Assembly: GCA_043803765.1 (NCBI GenBank) | Contig: JAZDJQ010000014.1 | Span: forward strand, 1,382-65,381 | Direction: 5' to 3' | Length of the DNA stretch: 64,000 nucleotides | Source of the DNA: Candidatus Iainarchaeum sp. | GTDB lineage: Archaea; Iainarchaeota; Iainarchaeia; Iainarchaeales; VGJJ01 | Shown here: positions 18,848 to 29,324 of the stretch, one piece after another | Layout: each line of letters begins with the position of its first letter | Numbering within the stretch: the stretch's first letter is position 1 | Translations under genes and position numbers: made by a program | Notes under the pieces: generated by a model | What the model was told of the DNA's origin: nothing | Database searches by the model: none | Seen by the model: the letters and a program-made list of their open reading frames with translations, nothing else

Positions 18848-19453
18848 TCACTTTTTCTTTTTCGGGGATAGGATAGTGAATTTCGCAACCAGTCCAAGGA
18901 CAATCAATCCGCCCACTATGAGAGCGATAGAAGAAAAATCGGATTCCGGTACTTTACTTTCAACAAAGTTCATTGTATTGGCATCTTCTCCCATATTTAG
19001 AGTAGAAGCCGATTTGAATGACACTGTATAATCGTCAACCAGTTCCCCGTTGTGAGTGGTAACCTTCGAAGGCATTGTAACTTTCGTAAGGATAGAAACT
19101 CCGGCAGGAGTCCTCTTATCCTCATAACGCAAATACTTTCCGTCCGTTTTTACAATAATTTTTACCGGATTTCCGCCTTCAGATGGAGATAAATCATATT
19201 CGATTATGAGTTCGGAATCAGTCTCTCTGCAAACGTTGTCGATTCGACTCAGGACAGATGGATCGGCTTCTGGACTATTTTGTGCCATATTTTTGAGCGA
19301 ATTACAACTAGCGTTCGCCAATATCCCCGTTTTATCCAAAGAAACAAGACGATGTACGCTACCGTCAGCATTCACTTTCTCAGTCTGGCTACCGGAAATA
19401 CAGCCAGAAAGTACGACCATTCCAACCAAAAAAATCAAAATCACCTGCTTCAT
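18848..19453 (-). CDS. Lipoprotein or membrane-anchored secreted protein.
   Basis: Signal peptide plus lipobox MKQVILIFLVGMVVLSGC. C-terminal TM plus KKKK. Confidence 0.5.
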   Translation of the reverse strand: MKQVILIFLVGMVVLSGCISGSQTEKVNADGSVHRLVSLDKTGILANASCNSLKNMAQNSPEADPSVLSRIDNVCRETDSELIIEYDLSPSEGGNPVKIIVKTDGKYLRYEDKRTPAGVSILTKVTMPSKVTTHNGELVDDYTVSFKSASTLNMGEDANTMNFVESKVPESDFSSIALIVGGLIVLGLVAKFTILSPKKKK

Positions 19454-19466
19454 TTTTTGCCTCGTT

Positions 19467-20192
19467 TTATTGCTCCGTATAATTTCTGAATCGTGCCCTT
19501 ATTTGGTCTCCACCTATTCTTGCTACTCCGTTTATTTCAACTTTGTTAAATTGGCTTACATCGAGGGTTCCGGTGTAAACCAATGTTCCATTGTAGTAGA
19601 CATTGTACCCCGTTAGTGTCTTTTGGATTTTGTAGGTGTCAAAAGTTGAAGAAGGTAAATCGGGAGAGACATATTTGAAACTGTCGCTACCGTTTACCCG
19701 TTCGATAATGAATACGTTTGAGTTGTATTGCGGGTCGGTAATGTCCCTATGCTTGTTTACAATGAGGGCATTTTGATTATCTTTAACAAACCAAATACCT
19801 GCTGAAGCCGCGCTCGAGGGCAAATTTTCCAACGCAACATCAACTTGCACAGTCGTTTTGGTTGTTGGCCTACTGATTCTTCCCTCACTAACCCATGCCC
19901 CTTGCCAAGAATTAGTTATCGACTGGCCTTCAACCGTTAGAATAGGCTGATTACTACCTGAAACGGTCACACCAAACAGAGGCATACTATTCCAATTCCA
20001 AGAGTATCCGCCCCAAGAAAATCCTGGTCGACAAATTTGAACGGCAGTAGTAACTGACTGTGCGGAAACATTTTGAAAAGAAACAAACAGGACGGAAGCG
20101 AACAAGAGCAATACCAAGAGAGTTGCTCTATTTCTCCCAAGTCCGAAAAGAGCTTGGGGTTTAGCGCTGTTGACAGTTTTTTTCGTTATCAT
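19467..20192 (-). CDS. Secreted beta-rich protein, possibly a lectin/LamG-like fold.
   Basis: Signal peptide ...LLVLLLFASVLFVSFQNVSAQ. Confidence 0.45.
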   Translation of the reverse strand: MITKKTVNSAKPQALFGLGRNRATLLVLLLFASVLFVSFQNVSAQSVTTAVQICRPGFSWGGYSWNWNSMPLFGVTVSGSNQPILTVEGQSITNSWQGAWVSEGRISRPTTKTTVQVDVALENLPSSAASAGIWFVKDNQNALIVNKHRDITDPQYNSNVFIIERVNGSDSFKYVSPDLPSSTFDTYKIQKTLTGYNVYYNGTLVYTGTLDVSQFNKVEINGVARIGGDQIRARFRNYTEQ

Positions 20193-20262
20193 AGGGTACT
20201 CATAGCGAGGATATTTAATAAGTCACATGATTACTCGAATTGTCAAACCACAAATAGTGCAC

Positions 20263-20409
20263 TCAAACACTTCTTTCTTCCATTCTTCCAGAATGACATT
20301 CACCGCAACTGCTCGAAGAGTTACAGGATGAGCACGCACTCAAACCGCACTTATTGCATATTTTTACCCTGGACGTTGTTCTCTCACAATTATGGCATTT
20401 TATTGACAT
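20263..20409 (-). CDS. Small Cys-rich protein (48 aa, four CxxC motifs). Below the ORF-track cutoff; speculative.
   Basis: My own translation gives MSIKCHNCERTTSRVKICNKCGLSACSSCNSSSSCGECHSGRMEERSV. Confidence 0.2.
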   Translation of the reverse strand: MSIKCHNCERTTSRVKICNKCGLSACSSCNSSSSCGECHSGRMEERSV

Positions 20410-20492
20410 CCAACCACCTCAAATAAGCATTATTCTCCAGGTTTAAAATATTACCCCAAAAATGGGGTTATTTACAAGAAGAATACGCAGGA

Positions 20493-20756
20493 TTAATCCA
20501 TTTTGACCTTGTCCAAATTTATGTTGGCTTTGACCAGCATTTCTCGGCCATCCCGCCGCTTCTCTACCAATCCCTCTTTCTCCAGCATAGTGACGTAATC
20601 TGCACACTTATTGTAGGCCAGATTGGTCTCTCTACTAAGTTCTGTCACCGTTTTGGACCCATTTTGGGTTAGCTCGAGCATCCTGAACCGAGTCTTATTG
20701 GCCATGACTCTGATTTTTCGATAAAGCTCCTCACGACGAATACCAGTCTTGAACAT
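20493..20756 (-). CDS. Winged-helix (ArsR/MarR-like) transcriptional regulator, divergent from mod. Possible controller of the R-M system.
   Basis: RFRMLELTQNGSKTVTELSRETNLAYNKCADYVTMLEKEGLVEKRRDGRE is an ArsR-like HTH. Confidence 0.55.
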   Translation of the reverse strand: MFKTGIRREELYRKIRVMANKTRFRMLELTQNGSKTVTELSRETNLAYNKCADYVTMLEKEGLVEKRRDGREMLVKANINLDKVKMD

Positions 20757-20825
20757 ACACCATTTTCAGGGTACCTTTTATAACTCAATAGAACACCACT
20801 TTTGGTGTAGTATTTGGGTTGTTGA

Positions 20826-22874
20826 TTGGAAATGCCGGACTCCTTGATTGAAGAACTTCCTCGCATAATGGCGTATGGAAAAAAGGAAGCTCAGCGCATC
20901 TTAGACGGACTCTCCAAGCAAAATCGGGTTAGTTTACAAACAAATGAAATGGTTTTGCCCACGAAGGCCAAGGCCGGAATTTTCTCCCATTTTGGCCAGG
21001 CTCTACACAGTTCTACTGATGTTGAATGGTTCAACCGAATGATTTACGGAGACAACATTCTAACGATGCAGGCTTTATTAGCCGGCGACTCCGAAACAGG
21101 GCTGCCTTCCATGCGAGGAAAAATAGACCTAATCTACATCGACCCACCATTTGACTCCAAAGCAGATTATCGGACAAAAATTCATTTACCGCATACAGAC
21201 ATTGAGCAGCGTCCAACTGTCATTGAACAATTTGCTTATTCAGACACATGGGAACATGGGACAACATCATACTTGAAAATGATGGTACCACGACTTATCC
21301 TCATGAGGGAACTACTAAGCGAGAAGGGAAGTATCTACATTCACATTGATTGGCACGTTGGACACTATGTAAAAGTAATGATGGATGAAATATTCGGAAA
21401 AGAGAATTTTATCAACGAGATTATTTGGCAAAAAGTAAGGTCTTCAAAAGGACAAGCAAAATCGTTTGGCAATGTTCATGATTCAATTTTTGTTTATGCG
21501 AAAACAAAATCTTATTTCTTCAATAAATTGTATACCGAACACGATCAAGAAAGACTTGATACTCATTATAATAATATCGAATTAGAAACTGGTAGGAAAT
21601 ATCAACTGGCAGATTTTACACAAAAAGGTCAAGGTGAACCAAAAAAATTTTCGAATATATTACTGACACCTCCTACTGGTAAACATTGGATTTGGTCACA
21701 GGAAAGAATTAATGAGGGAATGGTAAAGGGATTAATTGTTTTTACTAAATCAGGCAAGCCAAGAGTAAAAAGATTTTTAGATGAGTCGCAAGGATCTCCA
21801 ATTGAAGACATTTGGACTGATGTATTTCCAATTAACTCTCAAGCCATCGAATCTATCGGTTACCCAACACAAAAACCAGAAGGACTTCTAGAACGAATAA
21901 TCAAGGCATCTTCAAACGAAGGAGATTTAGTTTGCGACTTCTTTTGTGGTTCTGGCACAACAGCTACTATCGCAGAAAAACTTGGTAGAAAATGGATTGC
22001 TTCTGATTTAGGTAAGCCAGCTTGCATGATTATGCGGAAAAGATTGATTGACCAAGATGCGAAGCCTTTTTTGTATCAGTCTATTGGAGATTATCAGAAG
22101 GAGCAGTTCGAACATTCGCAACACAAGACAATCGGAGAGCTATCCCATGTCGTGATAAATTTGTATGGGGCATTACCTTTTCCTTACGGCCAGCATCCAC
22201 AAAATAATTTAGGGTATATCAAGCAGTCTAAAACCCTTGTTTTTGTCGATTCGCCTTCTAAAATGACGGGGGCTAATACTTTGAAAAGAGCGCGGGAGTT
22301 GCGTGCTTCTTTTGCAGGAGGGTGGGAGAAAGTAGTTGTTTTGGGTTGGAATTTTGTCTGGGATATTGGACAAATCGTTGAAACAATGAATGACCCAAAA
22401 TTAGAGGTTTTGGTCATTCCGCCCGACCTACTTGATCGCTTGAAAACCAAGGCCAGTTATGAGCAACTAATCAAATCAGGAAAAATCCGCTTTTCCTCCC
22501 TGCAGTATTTGACCGTGAAACCCATCATTAAGAACGATTCCGATAACGATCAGGACGAGTTGATTGTTTCCCTTGACAATTATATTCTGTTATCCCCAGA
22601 CGCGCTTCCACTGGACAAAGAGAACAAGGAAAAGCTAGAAAAAACAATCGAGAAAGACCCATTGAGCTTGGTAGAATATTGGAATATTGACCCCGATTAC
22701 GATGGAGAAATTTTTCGCAGCAAATGGCAGGAATATCGAGAAAACAACAAAGACCTCCGAATTAAACGAACCGCCAAAATTCTCGTACCCAAAATCAAAG
22801 GGAAGCGAAAAGTATGTGTGAAAGCAGTCGATGTTTTTGGTTTTGAAAGCGCTACTGTCCAGGAGATTGATTAA
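20826..22874 (+). CDS. mod: Type III restriction-modification DNA methyltransferase (Mod), N6-adenine/N4-cytosine beta class.
   Basis: Motif [11 protein letters not shown] precedes motif [10 protein letters not shown]. Directly followed by res, with the stop abutting the start. Confidence 0.8.
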   Translation: MEMPDSLIEELPRIMAYGKKEAQRILDGLSKQNRVSLQTNEMVLPTKAKAGIFSHFGQALHSSTDVEWFNRMIYGDNILTMQALLAGDSETGLPSMRGKIDLIYIDPPFDSKADYRTKIHLPHTDIEQRPTVIEQFAYSDTWEHGTTSYLKMMVPRLILMRELLSEKGSIYIHIDWHVGHYVKVMMDEIFGKENFINEIIWQKVRSSKGQAKSFGNVHDSIFVYAKTKSYFFNKLYTEHDQERLDTHYNNIELETGRKYQLADFTQKGQGEPKKFSNILLTPPTGKHWIWSQERINEGMVKGLIVFTKSGKPRVKRFLDESQGSPIEDIWTDVFPINSQAIESIGYPTQKPEGLLERIIKASSNEGDLVCDFFCGSGTTATIAEKLGRKWIASDLGKPACMIMRKRLIDQDAKPFLYQSIGDYQKEQFEHSQHKTIGELSHVVINLYGALPFPYGQHPQNNLGYIKQSKTLVFVDSPSKMTGANTLKRARELRASFAGGWEKVVVLGWNFVWDIGQIVETMNDPKLEVLVIPPDLLDRLKTKASYEQLIKSGKIRFSSLQYLTVKPIIKNDSDNDQDELIVSLDNYILLSPDALPLDKENKEKLEKTIEKDPLSLVEYWNIDPDYDGEIFRSKWQEYRENNKDLRIKRTAKILVPKIKGKRKVCVKAVDVFGFESATVQEID

Positions 22875-25775
22875 ATGGTTAATATCAAATCTCTTGGAAC
22901 GGGAAGTATCCCGCTTCGGTTAGCCGATTTGATTTCTGAAATGGCCAATAAGGAATGGGAAGAAGGAACATTTATCGAGAAAACGACTCCTATCACGCGA
23001 GATCTAATGCGGTATTGGGACCCGAAAGGAACTTTTTCCGATTCAAGGAAAGTAAATTTCCACGAGGGACAATGGCAGGCTATTTTGAATGCTATTTATG
23101 TCCATGAAATATTGAAAGTGAAAAGCGTCCACGACTTGTATATGTCTATTCGCCCGGAGTTATTGGCTGAGATGGATATGATAGATTTGAAAAAAGAGAA
23201 ATACGACTACCCGAAATATTGTATCCGAATGGCAACCGGAACGGGAAAAACATGGATTTTATCGGCATTGTTGATTTGGCAATATCTTAATGCGAAATAT
23301 GAAGAAAAACCGTCGAATCGATTTTTCAAAAATTTTTTATTGGTCGCGCCGGGAATTATTGTATATGAGCGGTTACTGGATGCATACCTTGGTAAACGAA
23401 AGGAAGATAGCAAAAGGGAATTTGAGGAGTCCGATTTCAAAAAATTCGAATCGCTTTTAATTCCAACTGCCTATACTGAAGAGATCTTAGGTTTTATCCA
23501 ATCTAGCGTGTGCCAAAAAGACGAAATTGGAAGTAAAGTCACTGGAGACGGGCTGATTGCGATTACTAATTGGCACTTATTAATGGGGGACGAAGAAGAC
23601 GATGAAGAAGGGACCCCGCTTGACACACCATACAAGGCTATTCGAAAAATGCTTCCCATTACTCCCGGCAAAACGGGAAAGCATTCGTTGGAAACGTTGG
23701 ACAATCAATACCTGCGCGGGAAGGGGATGGATTTCCTGGTGAATCTTACGGACTTGGTTGTATTCAATGATGAAGCCCACCATTTGGGTGAATTCAAGAA
23801 AGAGGATGAAATACTGGAGAAGAAATGGCAACAAGCATTGGACATGATTGCAAAAAGTAAAAGGAACTCTTTTTTGCAAGTTGATTTTTCCGCCACCCCA
23901 TATATCATAACGGGATCGAAAAAGAGAACGAAACACTTTTTCCCGCATATTATTACTAATTTTGAAATTGTTCGAGCCATTAAACTTGGATTGGTTAAAA
24001 CGGTGGCCATTGATAAGCGAAAGGAAATTGCTTCACTACCATTGGAGTTCAAGGCTGAACGAGAGGGGAACACAATCAATTTGTCCGATGGTCAGCGGAT
24101 CATGCTCAGCGCAGGGTTGGAACGGTTAAAAATTTTGGAAGAGGGATTTGAAAAAGAAGACAAAAAAAAGCACCCGAAAATGTTGGTGACGTGCGAAGAC
24201 ACCTCTGTGGTGCCGTTAGTAACGGAATTTCTGAAACAAAAAGGATTATCCGAAGAAGAAATACTTGAAATCCATTCCAATAAAAAAGGAGAAATCGGCC
24301 AGGTAGAATGGGAAAAAATAAAGATGCGATTATTCAATGTGGACAAGAGCCAAAACCCAAAAATAATCATTTCTGTGCTGATGCTGCGCGAGGGCTTTGA
24401 TGTGAATAATATTTGCGTAATTGTCCCTCTACGCTCAAGCACATCCTATGTTTTATTGGAACAGACGATTGGCAGGGGTCTCCGACTCATGTGGCGTGAG
24501 CCAATATACGAGGACAGCAAACGCGAAAACAGGGAAAAATTATTGATTCGAAAGGAAGAACCAGATAACTATATGGATATTTTGTCCATTGTCGAGCATC
24601 CCGCATTTATCGAGTTTTATGAAAAGGAGTTAAGCGAAGCGATTGGACAGACCAAAGTGCTTCCAAAAAAGGATAAAGTGGTGGGGGATATCATTTCCAT
24701 CGGCCTGAAAGAAAATTATCAAAATTACGATTTCTTCTGGCCAGTTATAATCCATGATAAAGAAGAATACCTGAAATCCGAGGAACTTTCCATCGAAAAA
24801 CTGCAACCTTTTCCAATCAGTTTGGAAGAACTAAAACCATTCATCAATCGAGCAGGTGACACATTCTATGGGGAAGAATTGACCGTCAAGACAAAGTTTG
24901 GGGAATACACAGTAACTTCTGATATTTTTTCAGCCAAGAGCTATAATTCGTTTATTCAAAAAATTGTGAACGCTGTCAGCACTATCACAGTAAAAATTGG
25001 GAAAAAATCGCCTAAAAATTTTCCTACCATGCAAATCAATACTGCCATCGTGGCAAAATTAACTGATGAATACATTCGGACGAGGTTATTTGGGCAAAAG
25101 TTCGACCCTTTACTCGGAAATAACTGGAGAGTCTTGGTCATAACACAGGAACGAATCATTCAGCACATTATCAAAAATATTAGTCAATGCATTTATGACT
25201 TACAAAATAACCTAGACGTTCGCGATGCCCGAATTGAAAAGAGGTATTTTTCCAGTATTGGAGAGATGAAAATACGGGATACATATTCTATCAATGTAGC
25301 CAAAACAATCTACGATAAAATAGGGTTTCCATCGAATAAAGGGGGATTTGAAAAAGCATTTATCGAGTTCATTGATTCGGATTCAAAGGTAAAGGCTTTC
25401 ATGAAAATCAACGAGTATTACCATGATTTTGCCTGTATAATGTACCTTCGGGATGATGGAATGCTGCCTCGATATTATCCCGATTTCATTGTTCGTATAG
25501 CTGACCAAGTCTATTTAGTTGAAACAAAAGCCGACAGGGATCTGAATAATGTGAACGTCAAACAAAAACGATTGGCGACGTTGGATTGGATTGCTAAAGT
25601 GAATAAGTTAAAACTGGAAGATCGAATGAGTTGTATCTGGAATTATGTTCTACTCGGCGAAAATACATTCTATGGAATGAGTGAAAAAGGCGCCACTACC
25701 CAGGAAATACTCGAGTACGCCAAACTATCTAAGGCCAAAGTCGAAGGAACACTTGGAGACTATTTGACACAATGA
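22875..25775 (+). CDS. res: Type III restriction enzyme Res subunit (SF2 helicase plus C-terminal PD-(D/E)xK nuclease).
   Basis: Walker A MATGTGKTW, DEAH box VVFNDEAHHLG, helicase motif VI QTIGRGLR. C-terminal YPDF...VYLVETK. Confidence 0.8.
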   Translation: MVNIKSLGTGSIPLRLADLISEMANKEWEEGTFIEKTTPITRDLMRYWDPKGTFSDSRKVNFHEGQWQAILNAIYVHEILKVKSVHDLYMSIRPELLAEMDMIDLKKEKYDYPKYCIRMATGTGKTWILSALLIWQYLNAKYEEKPSNRFFKNFLLVAPGIIVYERLLDAYLGKRKEDSKREFEESDFKKFESLLIPTAYTEEILGFIQSSVCQKDEIGSKVTGDGLIAITNWHLLMGDEEDDEEGTPLDTPYKAIRKMLPITPGKTGKHSLETLDNQYLRGKGMDFLVNLTDLVVFNDEAHHLGEFKKEDEILEKKWQQALDMIAKSKRNSFLQVDFSATPYIITGSKKRTKHFFPHIITNFEIVRAIKLGLVKTVAIDKRKEIASLPLEFKAEREGNTINLSDGQRIMLSAGLERLKILEEGFEKEDKKKHPKMLVTCEDTSVVPLVTEFLKQKGLSEEEILEIHSNKKGEIGQVEWEKIKMRLFNVDKSQNPKIIISVLMLREGFDVNNICVIVPLRSSTSYVLLEQTIGRGLRLMWREPIYEDSKRENREKLLIRKEEPDNYMDILSIVEHPAFIEFYEKELSEAIGQTKVLPKKDKVVGDIISIGLKENYQNYDFFWPVIIHDKEEYLKSEELSIEKLQPFPISLEELKPFINRAGDTFYGEELTVKTKFGEYTVTSDIFSAKSYNSFIQKIVNAVSTITVKIGKKSPKNFPTMQINTAIVAKLTDEYIRTRLFGQKFDPLLGNNWRVLVITQERIIQHIIKNISQCIYDLQNNLDVRDARIEKRYFSSIGEMKIRDTYSINVAKTIYDKIGFPSNKGGFEKAFIEFIDSDSKVKAFMKINEYYHDFACIMYLRDDGMLPRYYPDFIVRIADQVYLVETKADRDLNNVNVKQKRLATLDWIAKVNKLKLEDRMSCIWNYVLLGENTFYGMSEKGATTQEILEYAKLSKAKVEGTLGDYLTQ

Positions 25776-25972
25776 CTGACTTTGAAGAAATGAGTGTAAT
25801 GTGCCCCAAATGCGGGGAAAAGAACACAATTATGTGGTTCCCTGCGAGACACCATTATGTTAGACAAAAAGGAACAACGGGCGGATCGGAATTAGCCTTT
25901 CGAGGCAAAAACGAAAAAGTACAGGGAAAATGTAAGTGTGGTTATACATTCAAGCCAAAGGATTTAGACTAA
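25772..25972 (+). CDS. Small zinc-ribbon protein, translationally coupled to res (ATGA overlap).
   Basis: CPKCGEK...CKCGYTF. Its ATG at 25772 overlaps the res TGA at 25773-25775. Confidence 0.45.
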   Translation: MTDFEEMSVMCPKCGEKNTIMWFPARHHYVRQKGTTGGSELAFRGKNEKVQGKCKCGYTFKPKDLD

Positions 25973-26095
25973 TATCGACGAACCGATTAGCTCAGTGGAG
26001 AGTGGCCGGAAGTTAGATGGGCGGGATGAATTTTCGTATGAGTACCCGTGCCGTCAAGTGCATCTTTTATAGGTTGAAGGCTGGATAGGTTTTCT

Positions 26096-26638
26096 ATGCC
26101 CACTTTTTATTTTGATATTGAGACTACGGGTTTGGATGAGAAATCGTGCAAAGTGATTACCATCCAGTATCAGGAGTTAGATCGGAATTCGGGTAAACCA
26201 ATTGGTGAACTCGTTATTTTGAAGGAGTGGGAGTCTTCCGAGCGCGATATTTTAGAAAAGTTTTTGATGGATACAGGGGCAGGAAACCCGCACCCTTTTT
26301 CGTTTGTTCCTGTGGGTTATAATTTAACGTTTGAGCATAATTTTTTGAAGGAGCGAACGACAGTGAATCGTTTTGCACCATTCGATATTCTGAATAAACC
26401 TTGTATTGATTTACGGCCCATTGGTGTGATTATGAATCGAGGAGAGTTCAAAGGATCAGGCCTCGATAAAATTACTGGAAAACCCATGAACGGAAGCCAA
26501 GTACCCTCTTGGTATGCCAACAAAGAATATCAAAGAATTGTGGAATACGTTCAAGCCGAGGCCAAAGCATTCAATGAACTAAACGTATGGCTATACCAAA
26601 AACTGCCCGAATTTCTAACAACATTCAAGCAAAAATAG
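26096..26638 (+). CDS. DEDD-family 3'-5' exonuclease (DnaQ/RNase T-like).
   Basis: Exo I FYFDIETTGLD; Exo II-like VGYNLTFEHNFL. Confidence 0.6.
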   Translation: MPTFYFDIETTGLDEKSCKVITIQYQELDRNSGKPIGELVILKEWESSERDILEKFLMDTGAGNPHPFSFVPVGYNLTFEHNFLKERTTVNRFAPFDILNKPCIDLRPIGVIMNRGEFKGSGLDKITGKPMNGSQVPSWYANKEYQRIVEYVQAEAKAFNELNVWLYQKLPEFLTTFKQK

Positions 26639-26656
26639 TGTCTGGAATCCATTTTT

Positions 26657-27049
26657 TTAGTTCTCTTCCGGTACTCGCAATCGCTTGACAATATCCTCGA
26701 CGGTAATCCGATTTTCATCGTCCGCAGGAGGTACTTTTTCCATGGCTTTTACCGTAATCCCGCAAAGGAATCCAATACAGTTCGCATGATTGATAGTAAC
26801 GCGATTTTGGCGGACATCGTTGACCGTTTGTTCCAATAACGCTACCACATCCTTAACACTCTTGATGGCTACCGAATCTTCGGCTGGTTCCAACACCACT
26901 TTGCGTCCATTACGACCGCCTTCTACCTTAGCCAAGTGGCGCTTCTCCACCATCTCAGGCAGTTGTGAGTGTGCAAAACAATACACATCACTCAAGATTG
27001 CCTGTGCTTGGCACATGTTCCCGTCTTCCTTGATATACGTGCATTCCAT
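26657..27049 (-). CDS. Hypothetical protein.
   Basis: ORF only. Confidence 0.3.
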   Translation of the reverse strand: MECTYIKEDGNMCQAQAILSDVYCFAHSQLPEMVEKRHLAKVEGGRNGRKVVLEPAEDSVAIKSVKDVVALLEQTVNDVRQNRVTINHANCIGFLCGITVKAMEKVPPADDENRITVEDIVKRLRVPEEN

Positions 27050-27064
27050 GCCTGATCCTCCGGT

Positions 27065-27496
27065 CTACTTCGTGGTACTGATTAGAAAGGCATAATCACT
27101 ACGGACAAATGGATTGTTTTTTCGCCACAACTTGATAGAAAAGCAGTCCGAATAGCAATCGGATTCACCCGTGAAAATTACTTCGTAATCCATTTTCTTG
27201 ACTACGTCTAAAACGGTTTGAATTTCCATCCCAGTAACTAAGCACGGTTGCAAAGTGATTACGTGTGTTTTTGGATTATACCTCGCTTCGTGGGTGACAC
27301 GGCTATGGCCTTTTGGGGCGAGCTTATTCAGAATCGATAACTCTGGATTCGTGTAAGCTAGACATTGTGGGTCACCACATAAATAATCCTCGATAGCCCC
27401 GTGGTTCATGTATTCCTTGGTACGATAAACTGTTTTACCGCACTCTGGACAGGGAAAGTCGTTTGCTTGTATCTCTATTCTTTCAGTTTCATTCAT
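27065..27496 (-). CDS. Hypothetical zinc-ribbon protein.
   Basis: CPECGKT...CGDPQC. Confidence 0.35.
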   Translation of the reverse strand: MNETERIEIQANDFPCPECGKTVYRTKEYMNHGAIEDYLCGDPQCLAYTNPELSILNKLAPKGHSRVTHEARYNPKTHVITLQPCLVTGMEIQTVLDVVKKMDYEVIFTGESDCYSDCFSIKLWRKNNPFVRSDYAFLISTTK

Positions 27497-27544
27497 ATTT
27501 TCACCTCGTTTTTAGAGAGAGCGAGCACGCGCCCACCCCACATG

Positions 27545-29065
27545 TTATAGTTGTTCAGTTGCCCCTCCCGTATTTGCTGTGCTACCCGTTTCTGCTGTGG
27601 AGAGATCTATTCCGCCTAATTCGTCTCCACTCAACGAAGCACGGGTGTCACGGGCCGCACGGGAGTTACGGGAGAGCCACCGTTTCGCATTATATTTTGC
27701 GAACAGGCTGTTCATTGAGGCATCCTCCCATTGAATCGCGCGGATACTATTCCCCTCTGAATTTTTCTCGTAATCGACACGGATTCCAAGTGCTTTCAGA
27801 CGCTTCCCAATAATCCCCCCTCTGTCAGTCCTATTCAGAACTGTAGTCGCAACGTCGCTGGGGGTGATTTCTTTTGTTAGGTTCGCCTCACTCCGCTCGA
27901 TAAGATAGTGAACGATTTGCCCATCCAAAGTGGATTCACGTTCCTTTACCACACGAAGGTTGTACCCGTATACAAAATTGGTGAACTTGTCCCATAGAAC
28001 AGGGTCGTTTCCAAAAAGAACGGAAAAAGCAAGCATGGCCTGCTTAATACGTGAGTCCGCCCCGCCCAGTTGCATTTCCTGGATGATGTCAACGTTAAGC
28101 TTGTTCCGGTTACGCAACCGATACATCAAGAGCTTCCCGCGCAGTTCCTCCTGTTCGAGATAAAACCATGATGGAAGTATATTTGGAATATCATCACGCT
28201 TCGTTTCCTTCATTTCCTCCGTAATACATCGACTTTCGAGTGCTGAATCGGAAAAAGTCGACCGCGAACTAATTACCTTAGGGCCAAAAACGTCATGAGT
28301 TTCAATGTCATTTGGATCGTTTACATCACATCGCAAAACAGGCTTATTTCGCTCATATCCACAGTTAAGAATTTTCACGACCTCATCGGCATGGTCACTT
28401 TTTCTACGATCCGCTTCTTCGATAATGACGGTACCTTTCCAAACGCTCTGCATCCGATACAAAGGCGCCGCTGTTACTGCACCATTTGAAAGGATTGGAC
28501 GATAACACAAATGCCCAACCGCATCCAAACCGCGTGTCTTTCCAGTCGAAAAGTCTCCAATGAAACGGAGATATGGAACGGTGTGCAGAATATCAAATAC
28601 CCATGAAAGGAGAACGTAATACGCTGAAAAAAGTTCAAAATCGCTGGAAACATCTACGTACTTGTGAACAAACGCGCGAACATCTTCAACCAGTTTTTCC
28701 TCGCTTTCGTATTCTATGGCTTTCTTTGGCAAAATGACCGCGCGCTTTTTTACAGTTTCATTAACGAGCGGACAATACCTTTTCCCTAAGTAGTCCACGA
28801 AGTCAGAGTATTCTATTTTTCCTTCTTCCGTCAAGTGTACGAATTGTGCAGTATTACCATCAAACACAAGTTCGTAAATGGTGTTCCCAACTTCCACCAT
28901 AGGTGTCTCCTCTTCTTCAAGGCCCATGAACGAAAACTTTTCGCCACTACATCCAGAACATTTTTCAGGAGGATTCTGGGAGGCCATTATTACGGTGCAG
29001 TTATTGCACGCCCACGCTTGCGGGGTTAGATATAGTTTTCCTCGTGCCATTTTATTCACCCCCAT
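27545..29065 (-). CDS. P-loop NTPase with an N-terminal zinc ribbon. Putative SF3-like helicase or replication protein of the integrated element.
   Basis: Zn ribbon CNNCTV...CSGCSG. Walker A IGDFSTGKTRG. Walker B GTVIIEEAD. Confidence 0.5.
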   Translation of the reverse strand: MGVNKMARGKLYLTPQAWACNNCTVIMASQNPPEKCSGCSGEKFSFMGLEEEETPMVEVGNTIYELVFDGNTAQFVHLTEEGKIEYSDFVDYLGKRYCPLVNETVKKRAVILPKKAIEYESEEKLVEDVRAFVHKYVDVSSDFELFSAYYVLLSWVFDILHTVPYLRFIGDFSTGKTRGLDAVGHLCYRPILSNGAVTAAPLYRMQSVWKGTVIIEEADRRKSDHADEVVKILNCGYERNKPVLRCDVNDPNDIETHDVFGPKVISSRSTFSDSALESRCITEEMKETKRDDIPNILPSWFYLEQEELRGKLLMYRLRNRNKLNVDIIQEMQLGGADSRIKQAMLAFSVLFGNDPVLWDKFTNFVYGYNLRVVKERESTLDGQIVHYLIERSEANLTKEITPSDVATTVLNRTDRGGIIGKRLKALGIRVDYEKNSEGNSIRAIQWEDASMNSLFAKYNAKRWLSRNSRAARDTRASLSGDELGGIDLSTAETGSTANTGGATEQL

Positions 29066-29324
29066 TACGTCGAACAGAGTCTGTTAGCCCAACGATTAGA
29101 AAAGCCTCGCCGTTCGAAACTGCCGGACTAATTGACACGGTACTGCACGAGCCATAACCATTTACCATAGAGCTCGGGATGCGCAGCATGTAACATCTTC
29201 GTTCTTTTGCCCACAGACTGCGTTCAATTCGCAATCCGCGAAAAACGTCAAATTGCTGAGAGGTTGTTCCGGGAATTGTAGTTACCTGCACTCCCGCCTC
29301 ATTTTTAACTATCGTTCGATCCAT
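29052..29324 (-). CDS. Hypothetical protein. A shorter start at MDRTIVK is preferred.
   Basis: ORF only. Confidence 0.25.
   Translation of the reverse strand: MDRTIVKNEAGVQVTTIPGTTSQQFDVFRGLRIERSLWAKERRCYMLRIPSSMVNGYGSCSTVSISPAVSNGEAFLIVGLTDSVRRNGGE

Noticed and set aside
18831-18903. N-terminal extension (M1 at 18903) of Hjc-like paralog B, and an analogous extension of paralog A to 18466.
   Set aside because: The extensions overlap the upstream genes in other frames. Internal ATGs at 18831 and 18337 give collinear paralogs with an ATGA coupling overlap.
25985-26030. tRNA-like fragment gattagctcagtggagagtggccgg (D-arm-like).
   Set aside because: No acceptor or T-arm partner could be folded. 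Probably coincidental or a very short remnant.
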